From an uncultured Desulfarculus sp. (GTDB taxonomy: Bacteria > Desulfobacterota > Desulfarculia > Desulfarculales > Desulfarculaceae), in NCBI GenBank assembly GCA_963665125.2, contig CAXXUK010000002.1, forward strand, positions 672,001-736,000: a DNA stretch of 64,000 nt. The letters are read 5' to 3'. The notes under the pieces were generated by a model. It was given only the letters and a program-made list of their open reading frames with translations, was not told the origin of the DNA and ran no database searches. Below are positions 10,027 through 20,463 of the stretch, piece after piece; the first letter of the stretch is position 1; each line of letters starts with the position of its first letter. The translations under genes and the position numbers were made by a program.

Positions 10027-10458
10027 ATGATTGATAGGCTCCCGGCTGATCTGAAAGTAGAAGAAAGAGACCTCATGCCCCCGGCGTTGTGGCGGCGCTT
10101 TAAGGAAGTCGGCCCCCAAACGCATCTCCTCGATCCGCTCGTGATCTGCCGCTATTATTCGCACTATGGTCGCTACAATTGGTTTGGGATAGAGTTTCAT
10201 CAATCAATTCATAATTTCTTCTGGGGCTTAACACTCTTCCCCAAATCATTTTCATGGGGTTGCTTTAATTTTGACAACCTTACTCGTTTTAAAGAGGTGC
10301 ACTACGAAGTGAGGCTCGACACCGATTTCGAAGAAGAACCGGTATCGGCAATTATGGGATACATGAACCTTGAAAATAAGGATTGTTCCGGAGCCCATAA
10401 CGCCCTCGCAACACGTCTGCGCCTGGCGGTCAAATATCTGGACGCAGTCGCTGTATAA
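10027..10458 (+). CDS. DUF2958-like protein (divergent copy)
   Basis: DPLVICRYY...NWFGIEF...FFWG...WGCFN resembles the adjacent DUF2958 gene. Confidence 0.65.
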   Translation: MIDRLPADLKVEERDLMPPALWRRFKEVGPQTHLLDPLVICRYYSHYGRYNWFGIEFHQSIHNFFWGLTLFPKSFSWGCFNFDNLTRFKEVHYEVRLDTDFEEEPVSAIMGYMNLENKDCSGAHNALATRLRLAVKYLDAVAV

Positions 10459-10626
10459 AGAAGCCCAACAATTACCGTTTCGCTAGGCCCGTCCTGTCTC
10501 GGGGCGGGCTTTTAATAAATTCATAATAAATTCAGCATATAAAGCGCCTTGACGGGAAATGCCCATCGGGTATTATGCCTCCCCTTGTCCAAACCGAAAC
10601 CCAAACAAAATCAAGAGGAGGCATTG

Positions 10627-10914
10627 ATGAAGCTCTTGACCCAGGCGCTTTTGCAGAGGTTTGCCCAAATCGGCCGCCAGGAGGAAGATCCCGATCCGCT
10701 GGTAATCTGCAAATTCTTTACGCCGGATTCCAACTGGACATGGTTCGCCACGGAGTACGATTCCGAAACGCGCAATTTCTTTGGCTATGTGATCGGCTTC
10801 GAGAAGGAATGGGGCTACTTCAATCTCGACGAGATGGAGAGCGTCCGGGGGCCGCTGGGCCTGCCCATTGAGCGCGATCTGTACTTCCCGGAGCGCCGCT
10901 TCAGCACACTCTAG
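10627..10914 (+). CDS. DUF2958 family protein
   Basis: MKLLT...DPLVICKFFTPDSNWTWFATEYD...EWGYFNLDE...GPLGLPIERDLYF; GAGGAGG SD; TTGACG-N16-TATTAT promoter at 10549-10576. Confidence 0.85.
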   Translation: MKLLTQALLQRFAQIGRQEEDPDPLVICKFFTPDSNWTWFATEYDSETRNFFGYVIGFEKEWGYFNLDEMESVRGPLGLPIERDLYFPERRFSTL

Positions 10915-10938
10915 GAGAGACTGGGCCTCTAAGCCCCG

Positions 10939-10970
10939 CCGCCCGCCCGGAGCGGAAATCCGGGCTTTTT
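10939..10970 (+). repeat. 32-bp intergenic hairpin/terminator repeat, copy 2
   Basis: ccgcccgcccggagcggaaatccgggcttttt. Confidence 0.8.
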
Positions 10971-11069
10971 GAATGATTTATTCAAAAGGTGGGTAAATTT
11001 GACATGATTTATCCATTTGCTAGAATAAAGGAGGAAAAGAGGAAAATCGTCCATTTTTAACCCTACACC

Positions 11070-11369
11070 ATGAAGCGTCACATCTTTGATTCAGGGAGGA
11101 GCCTGGACATGACCCTGGCCATGATCAGGAAAAAAAACATCGTCACCATTCCCAAGGAGTTCCGGGATATTATCTCCGAGGGCAAGCAGGTGAAGTTCGT
11201 GCGCACCGAGCGCGGCCTGGAGATGATCCCCGTGCGGGCCATCCCGGAAAAGCTCAACGCCGAGACCCTCAAGGCGTTTGAGGAGGCCGAGGCCGGGATT
11301 GGCCTTTCTCGTTCCTTTGATAGCGTGGAGGATTTTCTCGCTGACTTGAAGAATCCAGACACTGAGTAA
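11070..11369 (+). CDS. antitoxin with AbrB/SpoVT-like N-terminus and DinJ-like C-terminus
   Basis: VTIPKEFR..ISEGKQVKF (AbrB-like) plus NAETLKAFEEA...FDSVEDFLADL; TTGACA-N16-TAGAAT upstream. Confidence 0.75.
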   Translation: MKRHIFDSGRSLDMTLAMIRKKNIVTIPKEFRDIISEGKQVKFVRTERGLEMIPVRAIPEKLNAETLKAFEEAEAGIGLSRSFDSVEDFLADLKNPDTE

Positions 11370-11629
11370 TGATGCAAGTCACTCGCAGAAAATCCTTTAA
11401 AAAAGCCTACCTCAAGCTCAACGACAGGCAGCGGCAGCGCGTGGACGAATCCATTGCGCTTTTCCTTCAAAATCCGGATCATCCATCACTGCGCCTGCAC
11501 GAACTGCAACCCAAGGGATGCGGCCGGTATTCGATAAACGTGGGTGGCGATCTGCGCTGCCTTTTCTTCATCGGCGAAGACAGCCTGGTATTCGTCGCCC
11601 TCGGCACCCACGCCCAGCTCTACGGCTAG
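11369..11629 (+). CDS. RelE/YafQ-superfamily toxin
   Basis: SFKKAY..L...HPSLRLHEL...YSINVGGDLR...LGTHAQLYG. Confidence 0.85.
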   Translation: MMQVTRRKSFKKAYLKLNDRQRQRVDESIALFLQNPDHPSLRLHELQPKGCGRYSINVGGDLRCLFFIGEDSLVFVALGTHAQLYG

Positions 11630-11872
11630 TTTTTTCTTCATCGTTAAAGCACCACTCCGGCCCCGACCAAGCAGGAGCATTTTCCGCCAGCGCCAGGGGT
11701 GAAATTTAATTTTCTTTTGGGCGGGGCGCTGATAACGGGGCCGCACCGGGGGCGGAAATCAGGTGGGGATTTAAGCTTTAGTTCAGCACCTGTACGTGGG
11801 TTGGTCTTGCCTTTAGGGCAGGTGTTTATTACCATGGTCGTAATGGCGAAAACCGGCCGCGCGGTGGTGAGA

Positions 11873-11940
11873 GCAAGATTGCGTTTCGGCACCGAAGTGG
11901 CCTCAACGCATCTTGCCAAAGGGCGCTCACGCCCCTTTGG
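11873..11940. promoter_or_regulatory. candidate oriT
   Basis: inverted repeat gcaagattgcgtt...aacgcatcttgc ending in a MOBP-like nic motif ATCTTG/CCAAA, then hairpin ccaaagggcg-ctca-cgcccctttgg; directly upstream of mobC and the relaxase. Confidence 0.55.
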
Positions 11941-11986
11941 AATCCCAACCCCGGCGGCGTTTGCAACCCCTAAAAGAGACCTCGGC

Positions 11987-12409
11987 ATGAACAACGAAGA
12001 CCAAACCACTCAAGACCGGATCGCGGCCAGCAAGGCGGCCTACGAGGCCAGGCGCATGCGCGTCTGGACAAGCTACAGCGATCCGGCCGAGTTCGCCGAG
12101 GTCAAGCGCGCCGCCAAAGCCGCAGGCCTTAAGCCGGGGGAGTATCTGCGCGCGGCTGAACGGGCATATCGCCAGCGCCGCTACATGGTGCCCGCTGACA
12201 TTCGTCAGCGCCTGGAGGCCCTAACCACGCTGCTGCGGAACATCGCCACCAGCCTGAACCAGGTGGCCCGCTTCACCAACACGCTACAAAAGAAACGCGG
12301 CTGGCTGGGCAAAAAGCCATTTGACTGGCGCGAGGCCGAGGCCCGCGTGCATGAACTGGAGCGCGAGGTCAAGGACTTCATCCGGCAGCCGCCCGAGGAA
12401 GGGCCATGA
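11987..12409 (+). CDS. mobC: MobC-type relaxosome accessory protein
   Basis: RHH-like N-terminal part and LRNIATSLNQVARFTN signature; overlaps the relaxase start (ATGA). Confidence 0.8.
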   Translation: MNNEDQTTQDRIAASKAAYEARRMRVWTSYSDPAEFAEVKRAAKAAGLKPGEYLRAAERAYRQRRYMVPADIRQRLEALTTLLRNIATSLNQVARFTNTLQKKRGWLGKKPFDWREAEARVHELEREVKDFIRQPPEEGP

Positions 12410-13344
12410 TCATCAAGAGCATGAGCGCCAAGGCGGGCTCGGCCAATTTCGGGCGGCTCATCAATTACATGCTCAAGCCGGGCGCGCGGGAAAAACGGCC
12501 GGAGCAGTCGCTGATCAAACACAACATGCTCAGTCCGGAGAGCGACCCGGCAGCCATCACGGCGGAGTTCGAGCAGAACGCGTCGTATCGGCGGCGGCGG
12601 GCCAACGGCGTGGTGCTCTATCACGAGGTGATCAGCCCACACCCCAAGGATGGGCATCTGGTCAGCGACGAGCTTTTGGAGGACATCGGCCGGGTGTACA
12701 TGGCCATGCGCGCCGAGGAGGGCCTGGCCGTGGCGGCGATCCACCGCGACCTTGAGGACCAGGACCGGCCGCATCTGCACATCTGCATCTCGGGCAACAA
12801 GATCGAATCCGACAGGCAGCTTCGCCTGACGCGGCAGCGATTCCGCCAGGTGCAGCGTGAGATGGAAGAGTACCAGCGACAGCACTACCCGGAGCTGGTG
12901 CATTCCATTGTCTTTGACCAGGAGCGCGAACCCGAGTTGGACGGCCTGCGCCGGGATCACCTGCGCGAGGCCAAGCGCCGCCAAAACCGAGAGGTGCAGA
13001 TGGGCCGCCGCCTGCGCGAGCAGGGCAAGCTGTCGCGCAAGGAGCAGGTGCGCGCCCAGGTGGGGCAGTGCGTGGCCGCCGCCCGCGACGCGGACGAGCT
13101 AAAGCGCTTGCTGGCCAACCTGGGATTGGCCTATTATGAGCGGGGTAATTCCCCGGCCGTGATGGACATAAACACGGGTAAACGCTACCGTCTCAAGACC
13201 CTGGGCCTGGCCGATGACCTGGACGCTCGCCGCCGTCAGTGGCAGGCCGAGAAAGACCGCGAAGAGCGAGTGAAGGAACGCAAGGCTGAGTTGGAGCGGG
13301 TCAGGCGTGAGCGGGGTGATGGGGGCCGGGAACGTGGGCGGTGA
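12406..13344 (+). CDS. relaxase (MOBP-type, HUH)
   Basis: GRLINY (catalytic Tyr), LYHEVIS and AIHRD....PHLHICIS. Confidence 0.9.
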   Translation: MIIKSMSAKAGSANFGRLINYMLKPGAREKRPEQSLIKHNMLSPESDPAAITAEFEQNASYRRRRANGVVLYHEVISPHPKDGHLVSDELLEDIGRVYMAMRAEEGLAVAAIHRDLEDQDRPHLHICISGNKIESDRQLRLTRQRFRQVQREMEEYQRQHYPELVHSIVFDQEREPELDGLRRDHLREAKRRQNREVQMGRRLREQGKLSRKEQVRAQVGQCVAAARDADELKRLLANLGLAYYERGNSPAVMDINTGKRYRLKTLGLADDLDARRRQWQAEKDREERVKERKAELERVRRERGDGGRERGR

Positions 13345-13662
13345 AGGCTGATTTAAGCTTGCTTAGCATAGGTTGAATTCACAAGAATCAACTTAAAGTG
13401 ATACTTGTACATGCTTTCCATGGTGAAAGCGGATACTGCGCTTTATAATTCTCCATTTGCTTTGGTTCGTGGCAAAAAACATAGCTGCCTTTGTATTTCA
13501 TAAGTGTTCAACTTTCCCCAGCCACAGTGGGACCGTCTTTTCAGCGCTGATCGTTGGTCGCTTACTTATAACCACTTGAGCGCCATAGCTCTAAAGTAAT
13601 ACACTAACGTACATCACAATCCCTTTGCTAAACGTTAGCAACAAATTTGTCTAGGGGGGAAC

Positions 13663-15984
13663 TTGCCAGAATTCCATGCTCACAGCGGTGACGGCTATGG
13701 TAGATGGCATCGGCTTGAAGAACACTTAAGAAGTGTTGCAACGTTGGCCGCCGGATTTACAAGGGCTTTTGGCGCTGAAAACGAGGCACGGCTAGCAGGC
13801 CTACTGCACGATCTCGGAAAGCTTACGGAACTTTTCCAGCAACGGCTACAAGGTCTTACCCACCATATAGACCATTGGAGCATAGGAGCCTGGGCTGCAC
13901 TGAGCAAATACCCGCAAAGAGCCATAGGAGCTAGTCTGGCCATTGCGGGACACCACCTAGGCCTGCCCGACCGAAGCACTTTGGCTAACACCAACCCTGC
14001 CAAACCAAGACGCGATGGCCGCACCCTGTCGGAGTCTGATCTCGAGGTGCTTCTAGCGGGCCTGGAAGCAGACGGTGTTGATTTGCCGCAGGCTGAAACC
14101 TTTGTTGGAGAAATCACCAACCAATTCACCAAATCACCGGCGACAGACATGCTGGATTGCCGCATGCTGTTTTCGGCCCTGGTTGACGCTGACTTTCTCG
14201 ACACCGAAGCTCATTTTAAGCGCGGTGCAGACGGAATGAAGCGCTTGCGCGAGCCTGGCCCGGAGCTCGACGCGCAATGGGCTTTGGACATATTGCTTCG
14301 GCATATTGATCAATTGGCGCAGCATTCTAACTCAGCGCAAGAGGTCAACCAATTGCGTAGTGATCTGTTTGCCGCTTGCCTTCATAGCGCCGAACGGCAA
14401 ACTGGGACCTTCACTCTCTCGGCACCCACTGGTGCGGGTAAAACATTGTCTATGCTGGCCTTCGCCCTGAAGCATGCCGCTGACCACGGCTTGAGGCGTG
14501 TGGTGCTGGTGATCCCCTATTTGTCCATCATTGATCAAACAGTCGAAGTGCTTCGCCAGGTATTTGCGTCTCAATTGTCGCCAGACGTTAACCCCGAGCA
14601 CTACATTTTAGAACACCACAGCCTAGCGGGACTTAGCTACACGGCTGATTATGATGATCGGGATGAAGCCCAGCACCGCAGGCAGGAATTAACCCAAAAC
14701 TGGGATGCACCCATTGTGGTTACGACCAGCGTCCAGATGCTGCATTCCATGTTTTCAAACCGGCCTGGGGCTTGCCGCAAACTGCACCGGTTGGCCTCCA
14801 GCGTTATTCTTTTCGATGAAGTTCAGACCCTGCCGAACCACCTGGCTGCCGCCACCCTGGCCACACTTAACCGGCTTTGCACCCGTTTTGGCTCCACGGT
14901 GGTATTTTCCACGGCCACCCAGCCGGCCTTTACAGAGCTAAACAAAAAAATTGTTACTCTTGGTGGGGTGGAGTGGGACCCCAAGGAAATAGCACCACCT
15001 GACTTATTCGAACGCATCAGGCGTGTCCAAGTACGGTGGCCTGAGCCGAATGAGAGACTCACAATACTGGAGATTGCTGAAAGGCTGAGCCAGAAGAGCA
15101 ACCAACGCAGTCTGAGCATATTCAACCTAAAGCGCCATGCTGGCGCTGTTTTGGCCGAATGCCGCAACTTTGGCAGTGAAGGCCTTTATCATCTATCCAC
15201 CAGTATGTGTCCGGCTCATCGGACCCAAATTTTAAAGCGTGTGAGGGAGTTGCTGGCCGATCCTGCCGAACCACCGGTGCGGTTGATCAGCACCCAATGC
15301 GTGGAAGCTGGTGTCGACCTTGATTTTCCTGTTGTGTGGCGTGCTTGGGGACCATTGACCGCAATTGCCCAGGCGGCTGGACGCTGCAACCGGGGCGGCA
15401 ACTTGAGCATGGGCAGTATGCGGGTTTTCAACCTTGACAAAGGCGATGCGTTTACGGGCCAAAGGCTTTATCCGGATATCGCTTACAAGCAGGCCGCAGA
15501 CACAGTATCTGTTGTCTTGCGAGCCAGGGGCACGGCTGCCATGGACATCGACAATCCCGAAGTGTTCCGTGAATTTTACTCGCTGTTATATGGCCTTAGA
15601 GGTGACGCCAAAAATGATAACGAGTTGGAAAAAACAATCAAGACACTTGATTTTCCAGAGGTGGCCCGCCTCTACCAACTTATTAACAATGACACCGTGA
15701 ACGTGCTGGTGCCCTATGACGGCGAGGCTTTTGCGGAGTTGGCCGATTTGGCGCGTCACGATGGCCTCAGCAGAGAGTGGATCAACTTGGCCAGACAACA
15801 CAGCGTCAGTATCTTCCGGCCAGTAGGCCATGACCCACTGCCCGATTTCATGGAGCCCATCCCCCTTTTGGGCCAAGGATCAGGCGTCATGTCCGATGAC
15901 TGGTTTATCTGCCGATCACCCGAAGCCTACGACCCGCTGATGGGGCTGGATGTGAACAAGGTGGGCAACTTGCTTATCGCATAA
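13663..15984 (+). CDS. cas3: Cas3 HD-nuclease/helicase
   Basis: LHDLGK HD motif, APTGAGKT, FDEVQ, QAAGRCNR. Confidence 0.97.
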   Translation: MPEFHAHSGDGYGRWHRLEEHLRSVATLAAGFTRAFGAENEARLAGLLHDLGKLTELFQQRLQGLTHHIDHWSIGAWAALSKYPQRAIGASLAIAGHHLGLPDRSTLANTNPAKPRRDGRTLSESDLEVLLAGLEADGVDLPQAETFVGEITNQFTKSPATDMLDCRMLFSALVDADFLDTEAHFKRGADGMKRLREPGPELDAQWALDILLRHIDQLAQHSNSAQEVNQLRSDLFAACLHSAERQTGTFTLSAPTGAGKTLSMLAFALKHAADHGLRRVVLVIPYLSIIDQTVEVLRQVFASQLSPDVNPEHYILEHHSLAGLSYTADYDDRDEAQHRRQELTQNWDAPIVVTTSVQMLHSMFSNRPGACRKLHRLASSVILFDEVQTLPNHLAAATLATLNRLCTRFGSTVVFSTATQPAFTELNKKIVTLGGVEWDPKEIAPPDLFERIRRVQVRWPEPNERLTILEIAERLSQKSNQRSLSIFNLKRHAGAVLAECRNFGSEGLYHLSTSMCPAHRTQILKRVRELLADPAEPPVRLISTQCVEAGVDLDFPVVWRAWGPLTAIAQAAGRCNRGGNLSMGSMRVFNLDKGDAFTGQRLYPDIAYKQAADTVSVVLRARGTAAMDIDNPEVFREFYSLLYGLRGDAKNDNELEKTIKTLDFPEVARLYQLINNDTVNVLVPYDGEAFAELADLARHDGLSREWINLARQHSVSIFRPVGHDPLPDFMEPIPLLGQGSGVMSDDWFICRSPEAYDPLMGLDVNKVGNLLIA

Positions 15985-16161
15985 TTTATGTGATATCAGG
16001 AAATGTGACTGCGTGTGGGGGGAGACGTGCACAGTATCAATTTTCAACCAAGATTAGTGAGCGAGGCCTGATTCTGGAGGCTGTCGCTCTTTTTTAATCC
16101 TGCCCTGCGCCACAAAAACTCTTCAATAAATTTATGTCCATCCAACACAAAAGGAGGTTGC

Positions 16162-16896
16162 ATGCGACCCAAGAACCAAGCCCTCAGGGTATGGGGAGAC
16201 TTGGCATGCTTTACCCGCCCTGAAACCAAGGCAGAACGGTACTCTTACCCACTTATCACCCCTTCGGCTGCCAGAGGCATCTATGATGCCATCTATTGCA
16301 AACCCAAGGAATTCCGATGGCAAATTAAGCGGATCGAGGTGCTCAAAATGCCATCTTTCATTCCCCTGCGCCGCAATGAAGTAAAGGAAAAAATTAGCAT
16401 TAGAGACGTAGGGCGCTGGATTAAAGACACCGCCCAGCCCGAACCCATTCTGGCTGACGGTGACAAAAGCATACTGGGCACTGACATGAAGGGCCGCACT
16501 CAGCGACAGACAATTGCCCTCAGGGATGTTGCCTATGTGCTTCACGCCGAGATACTGCCTTGGCCTGGCATGGAAAAACGGCAGCAAGGCTTGGAGGCCC
16601 AGTTCCGCCGCCGGGCCGGGAGCGGAAAATGCGTATGGCAGCCTTACCTTGGTTGCCGCGAGTTTCCCGCCTATTTCGAACTATTGGATGTAGGGGAGGA
16701 GGCCGAGCCGTTTCCTTTTGACCAGGACTTGGGCTACATGCTCTACGATGTCTTTGATCTCGCCCGGCCGGGAAACGCCTTTTCCAAACCATGTATTAGC
16801 TTGTTTCAGGCTCGGGTGCGGGGCGGAGTATTGCAGGTGCCGCCGTATGACAGCCCCGAGGTGATAAAAGTGACCCAAGGAGCGGTCCATGCTTGA
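16162..16896 (+). CDS. cas5c: type I-C Cas5
   Basis: VWGDLACFTRPE.K.ER.SY...TPSAARG; PYLGCREF. Confidence 0.97.
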   Translation: MRPKNQALRVWGDLACFTRPETKAERYSYPLITPSAARGIYDAIYCKPKEFRWQIKRIEVLKMPSFIPLRRNEVKEKISIRDVGRWIKDTAQPEPILADGDKSILGTDMKGRTQRQTIALRDVAYVLHAEILPWPGMEKRQQGLEAQFRRRAGSGKCVWQPYLGCREFPAYFELLDVGEEAEPFPFDQDLGYMLYDVFDLARPGNAFSKPCISLFQARVRGGVLQVPPYDSPEVIKVTQGAVHA

Positions 16897-18727
16897 CAGA
16901 CTTGTGGAATATGGCCGCCAGAGCGGTCTCAAGCCTGAGCCGGGCTATAAAGTCAAGCTGGTGCACTGGGCCATAATATGCGGTTCCAACGGAGATTTTT
17001 TGTCCGTTGCCCCTTTGGGACAGCAGCAAGGAAACCGTAATTCAGGACTACAGTTCACCAAGGCCCCCAACCTTACCCAAAGTCAAATGACCAGCGGGCC
17101 CAAGAACTGCCGCCATTTCCTGGCAGACAGCTTGGCGGTGGTTACGCTGCTGGGCCAGGCCAAGGCGGGGGAGGCGGCCAAGGCCAAACATGAGTTCTTC
17201 AAGGACCTGTTGCGCCTGGCCGCTGCGGAGGTTCCCAGCCTGAAGGGCCTTGCCGCAATACTGGACGATCCAGCCACCCTGGAAACCATTAACGCCGTGT
17301 TGACCGAAACTGGGGCAAAACCCACGGAAACCGCAAGCTTCCAGGTGGATGGAGTCTTTGTCCTGGAATCCGGGGAGTGGCATGATTGGTGGAACTCATG
17401 GTGGCAAGAGAACTGCCCTCTGAAGTTGGGTAAAGACCTGCAGCCCGATCTGCTTACCGGTGAACCAGTACTGCCGCTGACCTCTCACTACAAGATAGCC
17501 GGACTGGCAGGAACAGGCGGTCAACCAAGCGGCGATGCACTTGTGAGTTTTGACAAGGACGCTTTTCAGTCCTACGGGCTCAGCGCATCAGCCAATGCTG
17601 CTTTCTCGCCCCAATCGGCCGTCGAATACAGCGAAGCCTTAAACATGTTGCTACGGGAAAACAGCCGCAACCTGGCCGGAGCCAAGGTGGTCTACTGGTT
17701 CAAGGAGCGCCTGCCCAGTCCCGAGGATGATTTGTTGGGTCCGCTGTTTGGCGCCAATGAGGAGAGCATGGCCCTGGACGCTCACAAGCAGGCTAAAAGG
17801 CTTCTCCAGGCCATCCGTAAAGGGGAAAGGCCCGACTTGGGCAGTAACCGTTATTATGCCATGACCCTTTCGGGCATGGCTGGCCGGGTAATGCTCCGAG
17901 ACTGGATGGAGGGCGGCTTCGAAGAGTTGGCCGCCAGCATTGACGCCTGGTTTGACGGATTGGAACTAGCGGACCTCTTTGGCGGGGGCAAGATAAAACC
18001 GCCCAGGATCAATTCGCTTATCACCTGCGGCATGAAGCCAAAAAAACCCAAACAGCAATATAGCGACTGGGTAAAGCCTGTGAAATGGGAAGCCGCGCAT
18101 ATGTGGAAAGCCGCCCTGAACAGAAGGCGTCCCATTCCCCGTAGCGCCATGGACCGGCTGGTAATAGCCCATAACAGGGCCATGGTTTCTGGCGAGTACA
18201 GAAACGAACAGGGCAAAATAGCCTCTCCGGCGCTCCTGTACAGCCGCATGGCCTTGATAAAGGCCTATCACATACGGCAAAACCGTCTTAATGGTCAAGG
18301 AGGACAGACCTTGCATTACGCCCTAAACGAAAACCATCCAGACCCTGCCTACCATTGTGGTCGGCTTATGGCGATTCTGGAAACAGTGCAAAACTTGGCC
18401 CAAGGTCAGGTAAAGGCCGGCGTCGTCACCCGCTTTTACAGCGCAACCGCCGCCAATCCAAGGCTGGCCTTTGCGCGTTTGATCAGCCTGAGCAATCACC
18501 ACCTGGACAAGATGCAAAAGAAAGAATCCGGCAGGCTGGCAGGCTATTTCAAAGGCCAGATCGCTTCGGTGATGAACGCAATCGCGGACAATTTTCCCGC
18601 CTCGTTGGATATGAACGGCCAGAGCCTGTTCGCCTTGGGCTATTATCACCAGCTTGCCTGGCGCAAAGACCAAAACCAAGAATCGCCCCAGACTATTTCC
18701 GAAGATCGGAGTAGAGCAGATGACTGA
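16889..18727 (+). CDS. cas8c: type I-C Cas8c/Csd1
   Basis: [30 protein letters not shown]. Confidence 0.95.
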   Translation: MLDRLVEYGRQSGLKPEPGYKVKLVHWAIICGSNGDFLSVAPLGQQQGNRNSGLQFTKAPNLTQSQMTSGPKNCRHFLADSLAVVTLLGQAKAGEAAKAKHEFFKDLLRLAAAEVPSLKGLAAILDDPATLETINAVLTETGAKPTETASFQVDGVFVLESGEWHDWWNSWWQENCPLKLGKDLQPDLLTGEPVLPLTSHYKIAGLAGTGGQPSGDALVSFDKDAFQSYGLSASANAAFSPQSAVEYSEALNMLLRENSRNLAGAKVVYWFKERLPSPEDDLLGPLFGANEESMALDAHKQAKRLLQAIRKGERPDLGSNRYYAMTLSGMAGRVMLRDWMEGGFEELAASIDAWFDGLELADLFGGGKIKPPRINSLITCGMKPKKPKQQYSDWVKPVKWEAAHMWKAALNRRRPIPRSAMDRLVIAHNRAMVSGEYRNEQGKIASPALLYSRMALIKAYHIRQNRLNGQGGQTLHYALNENHPDPAYHCGRLMAILETVQNLAQGQVKAGVVTRFYSATAANPRLAFARLISLSNHHLDKMQKKESGRLAGYFKGQIASVMNAIADNFPASLDMNGQSLFALGYYHQLAWRKDQNQESPQTISEDRSRADD

Positions 18728-19760
18728 ATATATTTCCAACCGTTATGAGTTCATGTTTCTGTTTGATTGCGAAAACGGCAACCCCAATGGTGACCCGGAC
18801 GCGGACAACGCCCCGCGCATAGACCCTCAGGATATGCACGGTCTGGTCAGCGATGTGGCCATCAAGCGGCGTCTGCGCAACTATGTGCAGATTGCCATGG
18901 ACAATCAGAGCCCCAACGCCATTTTTGTTCAGCAGGCCACCAACCTCAACCGGCCCATCAGCCTGGCCCATGAGCAGACCGGCGGCCTGCCCGAGAAAGG
19001 CAAAAAGGCCAATAAGGACAAGGTAGCCCAGGCGCGCAACTGGATGTGCCAAAACTTTTATGATGTGCGCGCCTTTGGTGCGGTTATGTCCACCGGGGCC
19101 AACGCCGGGCAAGTGCGGGGACCGGTGCAAATCGCTTGGTCGCGCAGCGTGGACCCTGTGCTGCCTCTGGACATGACCCTGACCCGCATGGCCAAGGCCA
19201 CAGAGATCAAGGGCGGTTCGAGCGCTGATTACGCCGCCCAGGAGGCGGAAACTCCTGAAGACGAACTGCGCACCATGGGCCGCAAGTCCATCATTCCCTA
19301 TGGCCTGTACATGGGCAAGGGCTTCATCAGCGCGCATTTGGCCCAGGTATCTGCGGATAACGGCACGGGCGGCACTGGCTTCAGCCAGGACGACCTGAGC
19401 CTGCTTTGGGAGGCTCTGCTCAAGATGTATGAGCACGATCGCTCCACCTCCAAAGGCGTGATGACCGTGCAGGAACCAATTGTGGTTTTCAAGCACGTCG
19501 GCACAGACACCGACGTCCAGCAACGCGCTCGGCAGGCCATTTTGGGCTGCGCCCCTGCACACAAGCTATTTGACCTGGTAAACGTTCAGCGCAAGGACCC
19601 AGCCAAGGCCGCCCGCCGATTTAGCGACTACCAAGTGACCTTCAAAGCAAGCGCCCTACCCGCTGGTGTAGAGTGTTGGCTGCTAACCAATGGCGAGGGC
19701 GGCGGTCCGGCATTTATTGAGCCCAGCTTGGTCGAGATTGATAACTTCAGTGTCGTTTAG
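18720..19760 (+). CDS. cas7c: type I-C Cas7/Csd2
   Basis: NRYEF...[26 protein letters not shown]. Confidence 0.97.
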   Translation: MTEYISNRYEFMFLFDCENGNPNGDPDADNAPRIDPQDMHGLVSDVAIKRRLRNYVQIAMDNQSPNAIFVQQATNLNRPISLAHEQTGGLPEKGKKANKDKVAQARNWMCQNFYDVRAFGAVMSTGANAGQVRGPVQIAWSRSVDPVLPLDMTLTRMAKATEIKGGSSADYAAQEAETPEDELRTMGRKSIIPYGLYMGKGFISAHLAQVSADNGTGGTGFSQDDLSLLWEALLKMYEHDRSTSKGVMTVQEPIVVFKHVGTDTDVQQRARQAILGCAPAHKLFDLVNVQRKDPAKAARRFSDYQVTFKASALPAGVECWLLTNGEGGGPAFIEPSLVEIDNFSVV

Positions 19761-20463
19761 TAAGCAAGACGATAGCCTCTATGCTGAAAATGAGCTGCTA
19801 CCCGTCTCTGGCTTGGCCCACATGGTATTTTGCCCAAGGCGCTGGGCATTAGTACACGCCGAGGGTTTATGGGTCGACAATCAAGCCACCGCCCAGGGCA
19901 GTGATCTGCACAATAAAGTGCATGATGAAGGCGCAACGCACCGAGGCCGCGTGGTGGAGGCCCGCGCCTTGCGTTTACGCAGTCTGGCTCTGGGCTTGGT
20001 CGGCGTAAGTGACGTGGTGGAATTTCATGCCCTGCAAAAGGGGCATGAAGATGGCTGTTCACTTCACGGCAGAGATGGCCAATGGCGGCCGGTGCCTGTG
20101 GAGCATAAAAGAGGCCGGCCCCAGCCCGATGACTGCTATCACGTGCAGTTGGCCGCCCAAGCCATGTGCCTTGAAGAAATGACAGGGGCAACCGTAATTT
20201 TGGGATACATCTTCCATGCTCAGACGCGTCGCCGCCAGGAAGTATTGATAGACCAAGCCTTGCGAAAACGAACCGCACAATTGGCCCAGAGGATGCACGC
20301 CATGATCAAAGACGGTGCTACACCAACAGCTGAATACAACAAGAAGTGCCGGGGCTGCTCCATGTACGACCTTTGTCAACCAAGAACTCTGGCGCGGCAA
20401 AAAAGCGCTCGGCGTTATGTAGCATGGGCGTTGGGAAATTTGGACAAGGGAGAATACCCATGA
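19750..20463 (+). CDS. cas4: Cas4 exonuclease
   Basis: [30 protein letters not shown]...C; probable GTG start at 19750. Confidence 0.95.
   Translation: MSFSKQDDSLYAENELLPVSGLAHMVFCPRRWALVHAEGLWVDNQATAQGSDLHNKVHDEGATHRGRVVEARALRLRSLALGLVGVSDVVEFHALQKGHEDGCSLHGRDGQWRPVPVEHKRGRPQPDDCYHVQLAAQAMCLEEMTGATVILGYIFHAQTRRRQEVLIDQALRKRTAQLAQRMHAMIKDGATPTAEYNKKCRGCSMYDLCQPRTLARQKSARRYVAWALGNLDKGEYP

Noticed and set aside
11699..11986. N-terminal extension of mobC given in the ORF track
   Set aside because: It runs through the IR-rich oriT-like region; ATG 11987 gives a typical MobC size.
262..13344. Alternative genetic code (UGA=Gly) in the CPR-like part
   Set aside because: The long ORFs are open in code 11, and TGA appears to act as a stop at 9772 and 13344.
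15985..16161. Possible degenerate mini-array (CreTA/CreR-like) between cas3 and cas5
   Set aside because: Only weak repeat-like fragments (gcgaggcctgatt, gtcgctc) with unsuitable spacing.
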